Positions 20,888 through 30,668 of a stretch of 64,000 bases of DNA are shown here, one piece after another. Position numbers and translations under genes: made by a program. Origin of the DNA: Nitrosopumilus sp. (GTDB lineage: Archaea; Thermoproteota; Nitrososphaeria; Nitrososphaerales; Nitrosopumilaceae); the NCBI GenBank assembly GCA_965207445.1, contig CBDBLX010000002.1:928001-992000 (forward strand), given 5' to 3'. Below the pieces are notes generated by a model. It did no database searches. It was given only the letters and a program-made list of their open reading frames with translations, and was not told where the DNA came from. Each line of letters starts with the position of its first letter. Within the stretch, counting starts at the first letter, position 1.

Positions 20888-20970
20888 GTAACCGTTCAAC
20901 CACTTCTCAAATTTAGGCACAAATTCACCGTCTAACGTCTGGCGCAGGTACACGGGGGTTGAACGGTTAC
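20888..20970 (+). mobile_element. 83-bp MITE family A, copy 2 (best preserved)
   Basis: Perfect 14-bp TIR GTAACCGTTCAACC / GGTTGAACGGTTAC. Confidence 0.88.
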
Positions 20971-21444
20971 CTCCCAAAGTCGACGAAGTCACGCCTTGAC
21001 CTGCCAAGTCGACAACACAGTACATGACACCCGCCAAATTAACAAAGTTTGTGTTTGGCGCCCCAAGAGTCGACTGAGCCGACAGGACGGGCAAGTGCTG
21101 GGCTTTGGGCAGATCTGGTGGTAGGCCGCCTAATATGTCCGACGCGTCTCATGTTCTAGGCCGATTGACGGTGGTATGACCACGGATTTCTCGTGAAGCC
21201 TACACCAAAAATGCGGTTAATCTACCTGATTCAAAACGTATGCGGGCGCGAAATACATGTAGTTAGAGATTGGCGTACATCAAAGCAGAACCAGATGGTT
21301 GATTCTAGTAACCGTGCGAGGAATTGCCGATATTCTACCACAATTTTTGTTACGTCAGGTAGATTAACAATTATACAACACACTAGTTATCGTTGTTGTT
21401 ATGTATTGTGTAAAATTGATCTAATCATTTAATTTATTTTTAAA

Positions 21445-21630
21445 TTATTCTACTTCAAATGATTCACAGCCAAAATTACATGGTTTGTTCATCACGCCTT
21501 CACAATACCCTTGAGCATCGTGCATTATGCGATGATGACCGCAAATCTTACACCTTTCTCTAAAATGAGATATTAAATCTGACATTGCAATGTTGGCGTT
21601 GTTGATTTTTAGTATGATTTCTTTTCCCAT
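21445..21630 (-). CDS. Small Cys/His-rich (Zn-binding) hypothetical protein
   Basis: CKICGH...H...C......C...C..F pattern. Confidence 0.7.
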   Translation of the reverse strand: MGKEIILKINNANIAMSDLISHFRERCKICGHHRIMHDAQGYCEGVMNKPCNFGCESFEVE

Positions 21631-21714
21631 ATGTGATAAATGCTACATACATTCTTTAAATATTACTTGACACCTTGAGATCAAAAAATCCTCATGTGAT
21701 GTTGTTGCGATGTA

Positions 21715-21764
21715 TGCAATACGATATGTGCAATACGATATGTGCAATACGATATATGCAATAC
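21715..21764. repeat. 14-bp tandem repeat (TGCAATACGATATG, about 3.5 units)
   Basis: Directly visible; no spacers between units. Confidence 0.85.
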
Positions 21765-22247
21765 CTCACATCACAAGTACTTTGGAGTCATTATCAACAT
21801 CGTCGTTGAATATGTGCTGCGGCCTTTGAAATAAAATAAGCATTGAGACACGAATCTACTGGTGTGTGTGTGCACTGAACTCAATTTATCATGGGATCTA
21901 AAGAATTGATATTTTTCTAAATACGCCCTCTATACGTAGTTTATAGACTGATAATTCTCTTGGTTTTGTAGGTGATATTGTGATCTTTGCTCTTTTACTA
22001 GGTGTATCTGTTAAATATCTAAAACAAAACCTGTTTATTGATGTGCCATGTTTCGTACCGTCACATGTGGTGACATTGATAACTGGTGATTTGATCTCAT
22101 ACTCCAAGCAAAGGATAGATGTCCCATACTGTCACATGTGGTGCCATTGATAACTTTTCTTACTCTTGAACTGGGCTCACTTTCGGGGTATTTAGTATCC
22201 TTACTACTGATAGTACTATGTGAAAAACAAATACTGCCTCCAAAGAC

Positions 22248-22304
22248 TTGAGCACAGATTCACCGTCTAATTTCTGGTGCAGGTAACGGGAGTTGAACGG
22301 TTAC
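22248..22304 (+). mobile_element. MITE family A, copy 3 (left end missing)
   Basis: GCACAGATTCACCGTCTAA..CTGGTGCAGG..GTTGAACGGTTAC. Confidence 0.75.
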
Positions 22305-22418
22305 AAACAACGGATCTCGAATCTTTAAGACACACAAGACTATATCGTATGATACTGACAGGTGCAACCTCGACGTGAACGTGAAGGATAATTTCCTGAC
22401 TCTGATGTATTTTCAGCA

Positions 22419-23069
22419 ATGGATCATGATAAAATGAGTGGGGGGATGAGGGGTGCTAAATATCCACTATTATTTGGTGTCCCTCTAATTATTATGGTGC
22501 CCGTCTTTATAATATGGCCGAATATCTTAGATGGCGATCCTCTGGGTCCATGGGCTTCGCTTGTAACTATTCTTTCTCTGGTTATTGTACCCATAACGTA
22601 TTTTTACAAACAGTATGAGAAAAGAAAACAGCTTGAACAGCAAGAATACCAGAAAAAGTACAGAACCGCACATAGCATGTACAGAGAGATATGGGATGCA
22701 TTAGAAGCTATAAAGGGGGACAAATATCCGGAGAATCTTTTAGATGCAAAATTTGACGACAAGAAGTTCACATTCACTTGCAGGCTTCTTAATCATGATG
22801 TATATGACAGTCTTGTATATTCTGGAGGCATACTTTTTCTGGACTATGAGTTACAACAACAAATTCAGGATATTTTTAATCGTATTAAATATCACAATCA
22901 TCATCTAAAACAACTTTTAGATGAGCTAAAGGATGCTAAGACAACAAATACGGTTAGGAAGCATTGTATGGAATTGGATAACTCGGAACGACTGATGCTA
23001 AAGGACATTCCTAGAATTATGGTTAAACTGGAAAAAAGGTTTGGGCTTAAGTCACTTAATCAGAGTTAG
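22419..23069 (+). CDS. Membrane-anchored hypothetical protein (2 TM plus helical domain)
   Basis: 216-aa ORF with two N-terminal hydrophobic segments. Confidence 0.7.
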   Translation: MDHDKMSGGMRGAKYPLLFGVPLIIMVPVFIIWPNILDGDPLGPWASLVTILSLVIVPITYFYKQYEKRKQLEQQEYQKKYRTAHSMYREIWDALEAIKGDKYPENLLDAKFDDKKFTFTCRLLNHDVYDSLVYSGGILFLDYELQQQIQDIFNRIKYHNHHLKQLLDELKDAKTTNTVRKHCMELDNSERLMLKDIPRIMVKLEKRFGLKSLNQS

Positions 23070-23253
23070 AACGACCCTTTGATTGGGCAAACACCTCTCT
23101 AAGATATGAGATCTGTTGGCTGCCTCCTTCATAAGGCGTCTCATCGACCGTACTTTTCTCTATTGGCATCCCCCTACTGTTGTTTAATTCTGTATGGGTT
23201 GCTTTTACTACATCATTCATGTCAACTTGCTCTGTTGTCTTGTCAGTCACCAT
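23056..23253 (-). CDS. Small hypothetical protein
   Basis: 65-aa ATG ORF with a TATA-like TTAAATAA about 25 bp upstream. Confidence 0.45.
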   Translation of the reverse strand: MVTDKTTEQVDMNDVVKATHTELNNSRGMPIEKSTVDETPYEGGSQQISYLREVFAQSKGRSNSD

Positions 23254-23390
23254 ATCATCATAGTTTTAATGGTTATTTAACATTTAATCCTCACGTAACA
23301 CCTACGCGGCCAACAGGGTGTTAATTCTATAAATAATAGCACAGAACAATGTACAATGTATAAAACAATTATTTGGATGTGAATATGTAC

Positions 23391-23861
23391 ATGACTAGAA
23401 ATAAAAAAATTATATACCTTGCAAACCCTTATGGGTTTTCAGAGCAGCAAAAGATGGGACCATTGAAAGATATTGTAAGTGTCCTTGAGAATATGGGATT
23501 GGAGGTATGGGAGCCATTTGAGCGTAACAATCAGATAGACATGTCTCAAAACAATGCAGCATACAAAATCGGACAAGCTGACATGAGTGATGTTAAAAAT
23601 TCAGATGGTATATTTGCAGTTGTGAATGGAACGCCGCCTGATGAGGGTGTAATGATTGAGCTTGGCCTTGCAATTGCATGGGGAAAGCGAATATTTCTTT
23701 TTAGAGATGATTTTAGACGATGTACTGATAGTGGTAAGTATCCGCTTAATCTTATGTTGTTTGTAGGTTATGATCATGATAACTGGACCAAAAGTTACTA
23801 TACGAGTATAAGTGATATACAAAACCCTGACAAAGAATTGGCCAAATGGGTTTTGGAATAA
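23391..23861 (+). CDS. Nucleoside 2-deoxyribosyltransferase family protein
   Basis: IYLANPYGFS, D..D...SD, PDEG.MIELG.A and NLML. Confidence 0.88.
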   Translation: MTRNKKIIYLANPYGFSEQQKMGPLKDIVSVLENMGLEVWEPFERNNQIDMSQNNAAYKIGQADMSDVKNSDGIFAVVNGTPPDEGVMIELGLAIAWGKRIFLFRDDFRRCTDSGKYPLNLMLFVGYDHDNWTKSYYTSISDIQNPDKELAKWVLE

Positions 23862-24046
23862 ATGTATGTTTGTAGCCTATAACCGATTACATTCCCAATT
23901 ATTTTTAATAGTTTTTTTAATATATGAATTGTAAAAAATGTATAAATATAATTATTTATAAATATGTGAAACATATAAAAATATAATTATATAAAATTTT
24001 GATTGTATACGGTCTGATTAATATACATATGATCTATGTATTACAT

Positions 24047-24595
24047 ATGGGAACTTTTTATCTTGACATAGAGACATCTGGATTAAAACCCGAATCATCG
24101 AAGATAATCACCATTCAGTATCAGGCACTTGAGCGTTCTGATGGTACTCCAAAAGGACCACTAATAATCCTCAAAGAATGGGAACTTACAGAACGTGAGA
24201 TGATCAGACGATTTATTGACAATACAGAAATTACTAGTTCAAAAAGTTTTGATTTTGTGCCAGTAGGATACAATCTAAGATTTGAGCAGAGTTTTTTAAA
24301 TTACAAATCAAAACTATACAATTTACCAATAATTGACATACATGATAAACCAATGTTAGACCTATCTACGACAGGTGTTCTTATGAATAATTGTAAGTTT
24401 TATGGTTCTGGACTTGATCGTATAACTGGTAAATCTCAGAGTGGATCAGAGATTGCAAGTTGGTATGCTAATGAACGATATGATGAGATTATACATTATA
24501 TTGAAGATGAAACTAGAGAATTCTTAAAATTTTTTGGATGGTTGTGTAAAGAGATGCCGGTACTGCACAAAAAATTTGTAACGTATATACGATGA
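24047..24595 (+). CDS. RNase H-like 3'-5' exonuclease domain protein
   Basis: YLDIETSGL (ExoI) and VGYN..F (ExoII-like). Confidence 0.8.
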   Translation: MGTFYLDIETSGLKPESSKIITIQYQALERSDGTPKGPLIILKEWELTEREMIRRFIDNTEITSSKSFDFVPVGYNLRFEQSFLNYKSKLYNLPIIDIHDKPMLDLSTTGVLMNNCKFYGSGLDRITGKSQSGSEIASWYANERYDEIIHYIEDETREFLKFFGWLCKEMPVLHKKFVTYIR

Positions 24596-24772
24596 TCCGC
24601 ATCTGTTTGTACAAATTACTAAACTCATTTTGTGGTTGGAAAGAGTGTGTATAAATTACATTGGGATTGAATGGTGACTAGGCATATGCTCATTAAACAT
24701 GTCGTAATATCTAGATATGTGATTCATCATCTGTTACAAACAATATAATTACTAGTCAGTTTTATCAATATT

Positions 24773-24901
24773 ATGGAAAAACGTTCAATGCCGGTCTGTT
24801 TTACAGCAGAGCAATACAAAGAGATCAAAGCATATGCAAAGATGAATGGAATGCTCAATGCAAGTCAGGCGCTCGAAAAGATGTTAAACGATAACAACTA
24901 G
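24773..24901 (+). CDS. 42-aa small protein (below the ORF-track cutoff), RHH-like
   Basis: MEKRSMPVCFTAEQYKEIKAYAKMNGMLNASQALEKMLNDNN*; TATAATTA about 25 bp upstream; T-run downstream. Confidence 0.7.
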   Translation: MEKRSMPVCFTAEQYKEIKAYAKMNGMLNASQALEKMLNDNN

Positions 24902-25073
24902 TGTGTCTTTTTGATGTTGACGACTATATGTTGTATGCCTACTACCTGATGTTGATATTTTTGATCTTGTTTGAGTATGCTATCCATATTGGACGCAATT
25001 ACAAATAATACATTGATGACTCTGCTCAATACACATTGTATTGAAATTTATAGAATGTTTGTTATGTTATTGC

Positions 25074-25481
25074 ATGGGACTATTTAGTAGAACGCCTACT
25101 TATTGCGCAATATGTAAAATAGAACTTAAACACAAACACAAACCAAAACGTGAATGGAATATTCAAGGACGGCTCTGTGGAAATTGTCATTATGAAAAGT
25201 CAGTAGAGTATTACGAAGGAAAAGTGCGTCAGCCATGTGCAATTTGTGGCACAACAAAACAGATCAACGATCTTTGGGAACCTCGTTGGCAGTGGGATAT
25301 GGATGGTTTAATATGCAAAAAGTGCTTTGACAAAAAAGAAGAGGACTATAAGAAAAAGAAGAACCGGTGCGCTATTTGTAATGTGGAGATGGGCTTTATA
25401 CGACACAACCCAAAAAGTAGTTGGAAGATTGATGGGCAACTTTGTCGAAAATGTTGGGATAAAAAGGCAGGATATGGATAA
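25074..25481 (+). CDS. Triple-repeat CxxC Zn-finger protein
   Basis: Three CAIC...P..W.I.G.LC..C repeats. Confidence 0.85.
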   Translation: MGLFSRTPTYCAICKIELKHKHKPKREWNIQGRLCGNCHYEKSVEYYEGKVRQPCAICGTTKQINDLWEPRWQWDMDGLICKKCFDKKEEDYKKKKNRCAICNVEMGFIRHNPKSSWKIDGQLCRKCWDKKAGYG

Positions 25482-25698
25482 TACTTGTGGTGATTAATTT
25501 CATTATTGTGTCCAATGATTGGTTCAATCAAAAAAGATGAGTATAATAAAGAACATTTGTCTGGCCACTCTAAACTCGTTTGTAAGTTGTACACTCTTGT
25601 TTTTTGTAATTAATAGTGGTGTAGTTGATGTTTTGTAAATGGTATTTTTTTATGATTTATGCAAAAACACAATTACTAGATATGTGCAAATATGTTTA

Positions 25699-26055
25699 AT
25701 GTTACGATGGTTCAATGTACGTAATTATAAAAACAAGATACAGTGCGATATGTGTAATCGAAAATTTACATCAGATGTTGATCTCATGAATCATATGCAA
25801 ATATTTCACGGCAAAGATCTCAAGTATGATTGCCGTCAATGCAACAAACATTTCTCAAGTATGGAGTCTATGAGAACTCATCTTCAAAGGGAGCACAATT
25901 ATGTGGCGGATAAAAACTTCACTAACAACAACGGTAATAATTCTACTACTCCCACTAATTGCAACAACACCCACAACAGCAACAACAGCAACAACAATAC
26001 TAACAACCACACCAACAACCACACCAACAACAAAAAACCAAATGACGTCAATTGA
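25699..26055 (+). CDS. C2H2-type zinc finger protein with Asn/Thr/His tail
   Basis: Two CxxC-F-H-xxxx-H fingers. Confidence 0.85.
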   Translation: MLRWFNVRNYKNKIQCDMCNRKFTSDVDLMNHMQIFHGKDLKYDCRQCNKHFSSMESMRTHLQREHNYVADKNFTNNNGNNSTTPTNCNNTHNSNNSNNNTNNHTNNHTNNKKPNDVN

Positions 26056-26258
26056 CGTCACCTCAAGTCACTACACTAAACTGCCACGAAACATTTTGAC
26101 TCTGTACCAACCATAAAAATATGAATATATTTATAAAAACCCTTGTACAACAAAAAACCTTCTTTTCTCAAACTGTTGGATATTTTTACTCAAATGATTC
26201 AAAGATCTTGCGCAACTATATCATCTACAACTAACAATAATTGTTAAGCGTGCCGTGC

Positions 26259-26516
26259 TTAAATTGCACGTACTGTTTTTATTGTAGGTGGTCTAACTTT
26301 TGTGAATACCTTAAAGCCACAGATACATTTTATCTCTGGTAATCGTGATATTTCAACACCAGATGTAATAATGCCGCATTTCAAACATGCATATTCTACA
26401 CCAAATCTATCCTGTGATAAATTATCATCACCAAACAGATCATCATTATTTTGATTACCCAATTTGGATGAAGACTCTGTTGTATTTTTTTCAAACATTG
26501 TATCTTCAATTGTCAT
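26259..26516 (-). CDS. rpoP: DNA-directed RNA polymerase subunit P (Rpo12)
   Basis: Y.CLKCG...IKCICGFKVFTKVRPP; follows rps10. Confidence 0.88.
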   Translation of the reverse strand: MTIEDTMFEKNTTESSSKLGNQNNDDLFGDDNLSQDRFGVEYACLKCGIITSGVEISRLPEIKCICGFKVFTKVRPPTIKTVRAI

Positions 26517-26561
26517 GATATTTAGCCACCTCAACCTTAATTTAAAAATTCGTTATTCCTC

Positions 26562-26870
26562 TCAACTAGTAAGTGACAACTCAATATAGACGTCATCTGG
26601 TATCTTTAATCTCATAAGCTGTCTAATTGCCTTGTCATCTGCATTAATGTTTATTATTCTACGATGCATCTTCATCTCCCATTTTTCATATGTCTCTGTA
26701 CCATTTCCGCATGGAGATTTCCTAGTCGCAACATGCAATCTTTTTGTTGGAAGTGGGGTCGGTCCTTTGACTTTCACACCTGTCTTTTTAATACTCATAA
26801 TCTCGTTGCATACACCATCAAGTTTTGGAAGACTTGTAGATGTGAGCTTTACACGTGCAGTCTGAGTCAT
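26562..26870 (-). CDS. rpsJ: 30S ribosomal protein S10 (uS10)
   Basis: GPTPLPTK, TRKSPCGNG and HRRII. Confidence 0.97.
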   Translation of the reverse strand: MTQTARVKLTSTSLPKLDGVCNEIMSIKKTGVKVKGPTPLPTKRLHVATRKSPCGNGTETYEKWEMKMHRRIININADDKAIRQLMRLKIPDDVYIELSLTS

Positions 26871-26881
26871 AAGCACCAAAC

Positions 26882-28180
26882 CTAGGGTGTATATGTCTCG
26901 GTAACTTCTTTGACTATGCCTGCTGCAATCGTTGCACCCATGTCTCTGAGAGCAAACCTGCCCATTTCTGGAAAGTCCTGGAACGTTTCAATACATGTTG
27001 GTCTTACAGGACGAATCTTTACCATTGCAGAGTCTCCGACTTTAAGGAATTTTGGATTTTCCTCTTCAACGGCTCCAGTTGAGGGATTTATCTTTTGCAA
27101 AAATTCAGTCACGGTTGCTGCAACTTGTGATGTATGTGCATGCATGACTGGTGTATATCCTGGTGCAATTGCAGTAGGGTGATGTATTACTATAATCTGT
27201 GCTTTAAACTCTTTTGCAATCAGCGGCGGTGCGTCTGGTGTTCCTAGAACATCTCCACGTTTAATATCCTTTTTATCAACCCCTCTGAGATTCATACCAA
27301 TATTGTCGCCTGCTTCTGCCTTTGGCTGTTCTGTGTGGTGAGTCTCTATTGACTTTATCTCACCTGTTGCACCTGATGGCATTACTACAATCTTATCACC
27401 TGGTTTCATAGTACCTGTTTCAACTCTTCCAACTGGTACAGTACCTACACCAGTAATTGTGTAAACATCTTGAATTGGAATTCTCAATGGTTTGCCAACA
27501 GGTTTTGCTGGAATTGTAAAGTCATCAAATGCCTCTAACAATGTTTTACCCTTGTACCATGACATATTCTCTGATCTCTTTACAAGATTGTCACCCTTCC
27601 AACCTGAGACTGGAATGAATGGCACATTGTCTATTTTATACCCTACAGATTTTACCAGTTTCTCACCTTTCTCTTTTGCTGCTTTGTATGCATCCTCAGA
27701 GTAGTTACTGTCATCCATCTTGTTTATTGCTACAATCAACTGATTCACCCCAAGTGTCTTTAGTAAGAATGCGTGCTCACGTGCTTGACCACCTGCTGCA
27801 ATTGCAGTGTCAGTTTCTCCTTCTTTTGCCGAAAGGACCAATATTGCTGCATCTGCTTCTGATGCACCTGTAATCATATTCTTTATGAAATCCCTGTGTC
27901 CTGGAGCGTCAATCAGGGTGAAAAAGTATTTTGGTGATTCAAATTTTTGAAATGCCAAGTCAATTGTAATGCCTCGTTCTCGCTCATCTTTTATGTTATC
28001 CATTACCCATGCATACTTGAATGTGTCACCTTTACCTGTCTTTTCAGATTCTGTTGCATGAGCTGCAATAGTTCTCTCATCTACAACTCCCAAGTCCATC
28101 AGAAAGTGGCCCATTGTGGTGGATTTACCATTGTCTATGTGTCCTGTCACTATCAAGTTCAGGTGGGGTTTGTCTGCCAT
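26882..28180 (-). CDS. tuf: Translation elongation factor EF-1 alpha
   Basis: GHIDNGKST, RGITID, DAPGH and NKMD. Confidence 0.98.
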   Translation of the reverse strand: MADKPHLNLIVTGHIDNGKSTTMGHFLMDLGVVDERTIAAHATESEKTGKGDTFKYAWVMDNIKDERERGITIDLAFQKFESPKYFFTLIDAPGHRDFIKNMITGASEADAAILVLSAKEGETDTAIAAGGQAREHAFLLKTLGVNQLIVAINKMDDSNYSEDAYKAAKEKGEKLVKSVGYKIDNVPFIPVSGWKGDNLVKRSENMSWYKGKTLLEAFDDFTIPAKPVGKPLRIPIQDVYTITGVGTVPVGRVETGTMKPGDKIVVMPSGATGEIKSIETHHTEQPKAEAGDNIGMNLRGVDKKDIKRGDVLGTPDAPPLIAKEFKAQIIVIHHPTAIAPGYTPVMHAHTSQVAATVTEFLQKINPSTGAVEEENPKFLKVGDSAMVKIRPVRPTCIETFQDFPEMGRFALRDMGATIAAGIVKEVTETYTP

Positions 28181-28588
28181 GATTAGAGCCTAGAATTGGG
28201 TATTTATTACTGTTTTGGAAAAATAGCCATTTTTTTATGAACTCTTTTTATTTTTCAAAAATATAAGAATTTTATTTTTATAAGATATTGATCTAAATAA
28301 TAATAATCAAACTCAATATAATTATAAAATTGTATTTTTCTATTATAATTTTTACGAAATATAAAATTCAATTTTTTATGTACATATTTATAATTAGTTG
28401 TTGCGACGGTGCAATTTTTAATGATTATATTTTTATGTAATTACAATTTGTTTTATGTATATATTTGATCAAAGTGACCATTTGATTTCGAAAATATGAA
28501 TATTTTACCTATTAGATTGTGTTTTAATGCTGCAAAAGTATGTTTGTTTGCGTTTATGTGATGTAATATGATGTGGCGTAATCTAATG

Positions 28589-28671
28589 ATAACCGTTTAC
28601 TCTCTTATCACATTTGAGCACAGATTCACCGCTTAACGTCTGGTGCAGTTTACATGGATTTGAACAGTTGT
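28589..28671 (+). mobile_element. MITE family A, copy 4 (degenerate)
   Basis: ATAACCGTTTAC...GCACAGATTCACCG..TAACGTCTGGTGCAG...TTGAACAGTT. Confidence 0.7.
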
Positions 28672-28713
28672 TGCTTGCACAGCACATAAATCAAAGTCTT
28701 TTACACCCAAGAC

Positions 28714-29995
28714 ATGAAGATTACTGTATCTGTGATTAAAGCAGATGTAGGTGGCATTGGAGGACATACAAGACCTAGTGATGGCTTGATTGCAGCAGTA
28801 CGTGACACAATATCTGCATCAAAAAATATGTTACTTGATCATTATATTGGGTATTGTGGTGATGATGTACATATAGTAATGTCACATGTACATGGTGTTG
28901 ATAATGTGACATTCACAAGCTAGCTTGATCATTATATTGGGTATTGTGGTGATGATGTACATATAGTAATGTCACATGTACATGGTGTTTAATGTAGACA
29001 TTCACAAGCTAGCATGGGATGCGTTTATGGCAGGAACCAAAGTGGCAAAATCTGAAGGACTGTATGGTGCAGGACAAGACCTACTAAAGGACTCTTTTTC
29101 TGGTAATGTCAAAGGTATGGGACCTGGTGTTGCAGAGATGGCATTTGAGGAGAGGCCAAATGAAGCATTTACTGTTTTTGCAGCAGATAAGACCGAGCCG
29201 GGTGCATTCAACTATCCTATATACCGAATGTTCGTCGATGCTCTGAGTAATACCGGTCTAATTGTAAACAAGAATTTGGCAGGCGGCGTAGTGATAAATG
29301 TCATGGATGTTGAAAAAGGCAGAATTGCCAAGTTAAACATGTGGCAGGATAAACCCTTACTTGAAGCAGCATTAATGTACCCTGGAAGATATGTAGTTGA
29401 CTCTGTTTATACCAAAAGTGGCGAACCAATACTTGCCGCATCAACTGATCGTCTGCACAATATAGCCGGCACATATGTGGGAAAAGACGACCCTGTCTGT
29501 ATGGTGCGCACTCAAAAACTCTTTCCTGCAACAGAAGAAGTAGGTAGTGTATTTAACAATCCACATTATGTTGCAGGAAATACACGCGGCAGTCACAATA
29601 TGCCATTGATGCCTGTCAAGCTAAACTCTGCTGCAACGATCAACTTTTGCATTCCTATTGTTGAATCACTAGTGTTTAGTATGCATAATGGTAAATTCAC
29701 GGGTCCATTTGATGGGTTCTCAACTCCAGATTGGGATCTAATAAGGGAAAATGCAACAAGAAAGGCACTTGAAATGAGAAGTCAGGGATTTATACATCCT
29801 GCAACACTTGTTCCTTCAGAACTAGAATATGCAGAAGGATACAAGGCAGTCATGACTATGCTTGATGAAAAAATGATCTCTATGAACAATGACAATAAAA
29901 CTAACGATAACACAACTAGTGATAATAAAACCGACTCAACTAGAATTTCTGGACATACAACAAACAACACAAAAGTCTATGAAGATCCTGACTAG
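28714..29995 (+). CDS. fbp: Fructose-1,6-bisphosphate aldolase/phosphatase, split here by a ~90-bp tandem duplication (possible assembly artefact)
   Basis: SVIKADVG, GDD, LYGAGQDLL, DKTEPG, YVGKDDP and GSH; duplication 28834-28923 / 28924-29012. Confidence 0.92.
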
Positions 29996-30209
29996 TCATA
30001 TTGTCAACTATACCCATGACTAGTAAAAATATATTATTATATATAATTTTTAATAAAAATTGATCAAATATTAAAATACCATACCAAATGCTATTTGAAG
30101 CAAATTCTAGTGAGATAAATGATTATATTTTTAACTAGTATATGCATAAAAACTGAACTGTTAATACATACGGAAATAGTTAAAAGAAAACAATATCCTA
30201 TAATGTTCA

Positions 30210-30635
30210 TTGAGATGGTTCATTTGTATATTTGAGTGGAAAACATACATTCTAACTGCACTAGCTGTAGTGTCTTTTTCAAACTTTGTGACAATATTAT
30301 TTGGACAAACCATACCTGGAATAGTAGTCGACTTTTTTAGAGTTGCAGGTGAGTATGTTGTATTGGGCGCAATCTTTGTGTTTGCAATGGCATGGTTCCT
30401 AAAAGCAAAACCATATAGTCCCCACCATCGACCAAAAATATACAATGTCGTTGTGTTTGATGTGTATGGGAAACCGACTATAATTGATGGAATACGGACA
30501 GAATTTAAGACTCATGATGTAGCATGGAGCTATATGAAACAATACAAGTCACTGTACCCATTATGTAACTTTGCCTTGGTCTCATCTGACACTACATTGG
30601 AATCTGGAAAACCTACCATATTTAGATACATCTGA
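30210..30635 (+). CDS. Conserved thaumarchaeal membrane hypothetical protein
   Basis: Two TM segments, then IDGIRTEF...VAWSYMKQYK..YP. Confidence 0.7.
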   Translation: MRWFICIFEWKTYILTALAVVSFSNFVTILFGQTIPGIVVDFFRVAGEYVVLGAIFVFAMAWFLKAKPYSPHHRPKIYNVVVFDVYGKPTIIDGIRTEFKTHDVAWSYMKQYKSLYPLCNFALVSSDTTLESGKPTIFRYI

Positions 30636-30668
30636 ACTCTTTTTATTTGCCAATCAAAGACAATTATT

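Noticed and set aside
20600..21094. 164-aa ORF as a genuine third gene of the TA operon
   Set aside because: It is a chimera of unrelated upstream DNA, MITE A and a DUF1156-like C-terminal relic.
21715..21764. Possible mini-CRISPR array
   Set aside because: The 14-bp units are contiguous with no spacers, and there are no cas genes. I saw no repeat-spacer array anywhere in the window.
28860..29012. Programmed frameshift or intron in fbp
   Set aside because: The extra DNA is a plain direct duplication with no slippery or bulge-helix-bulge signature.
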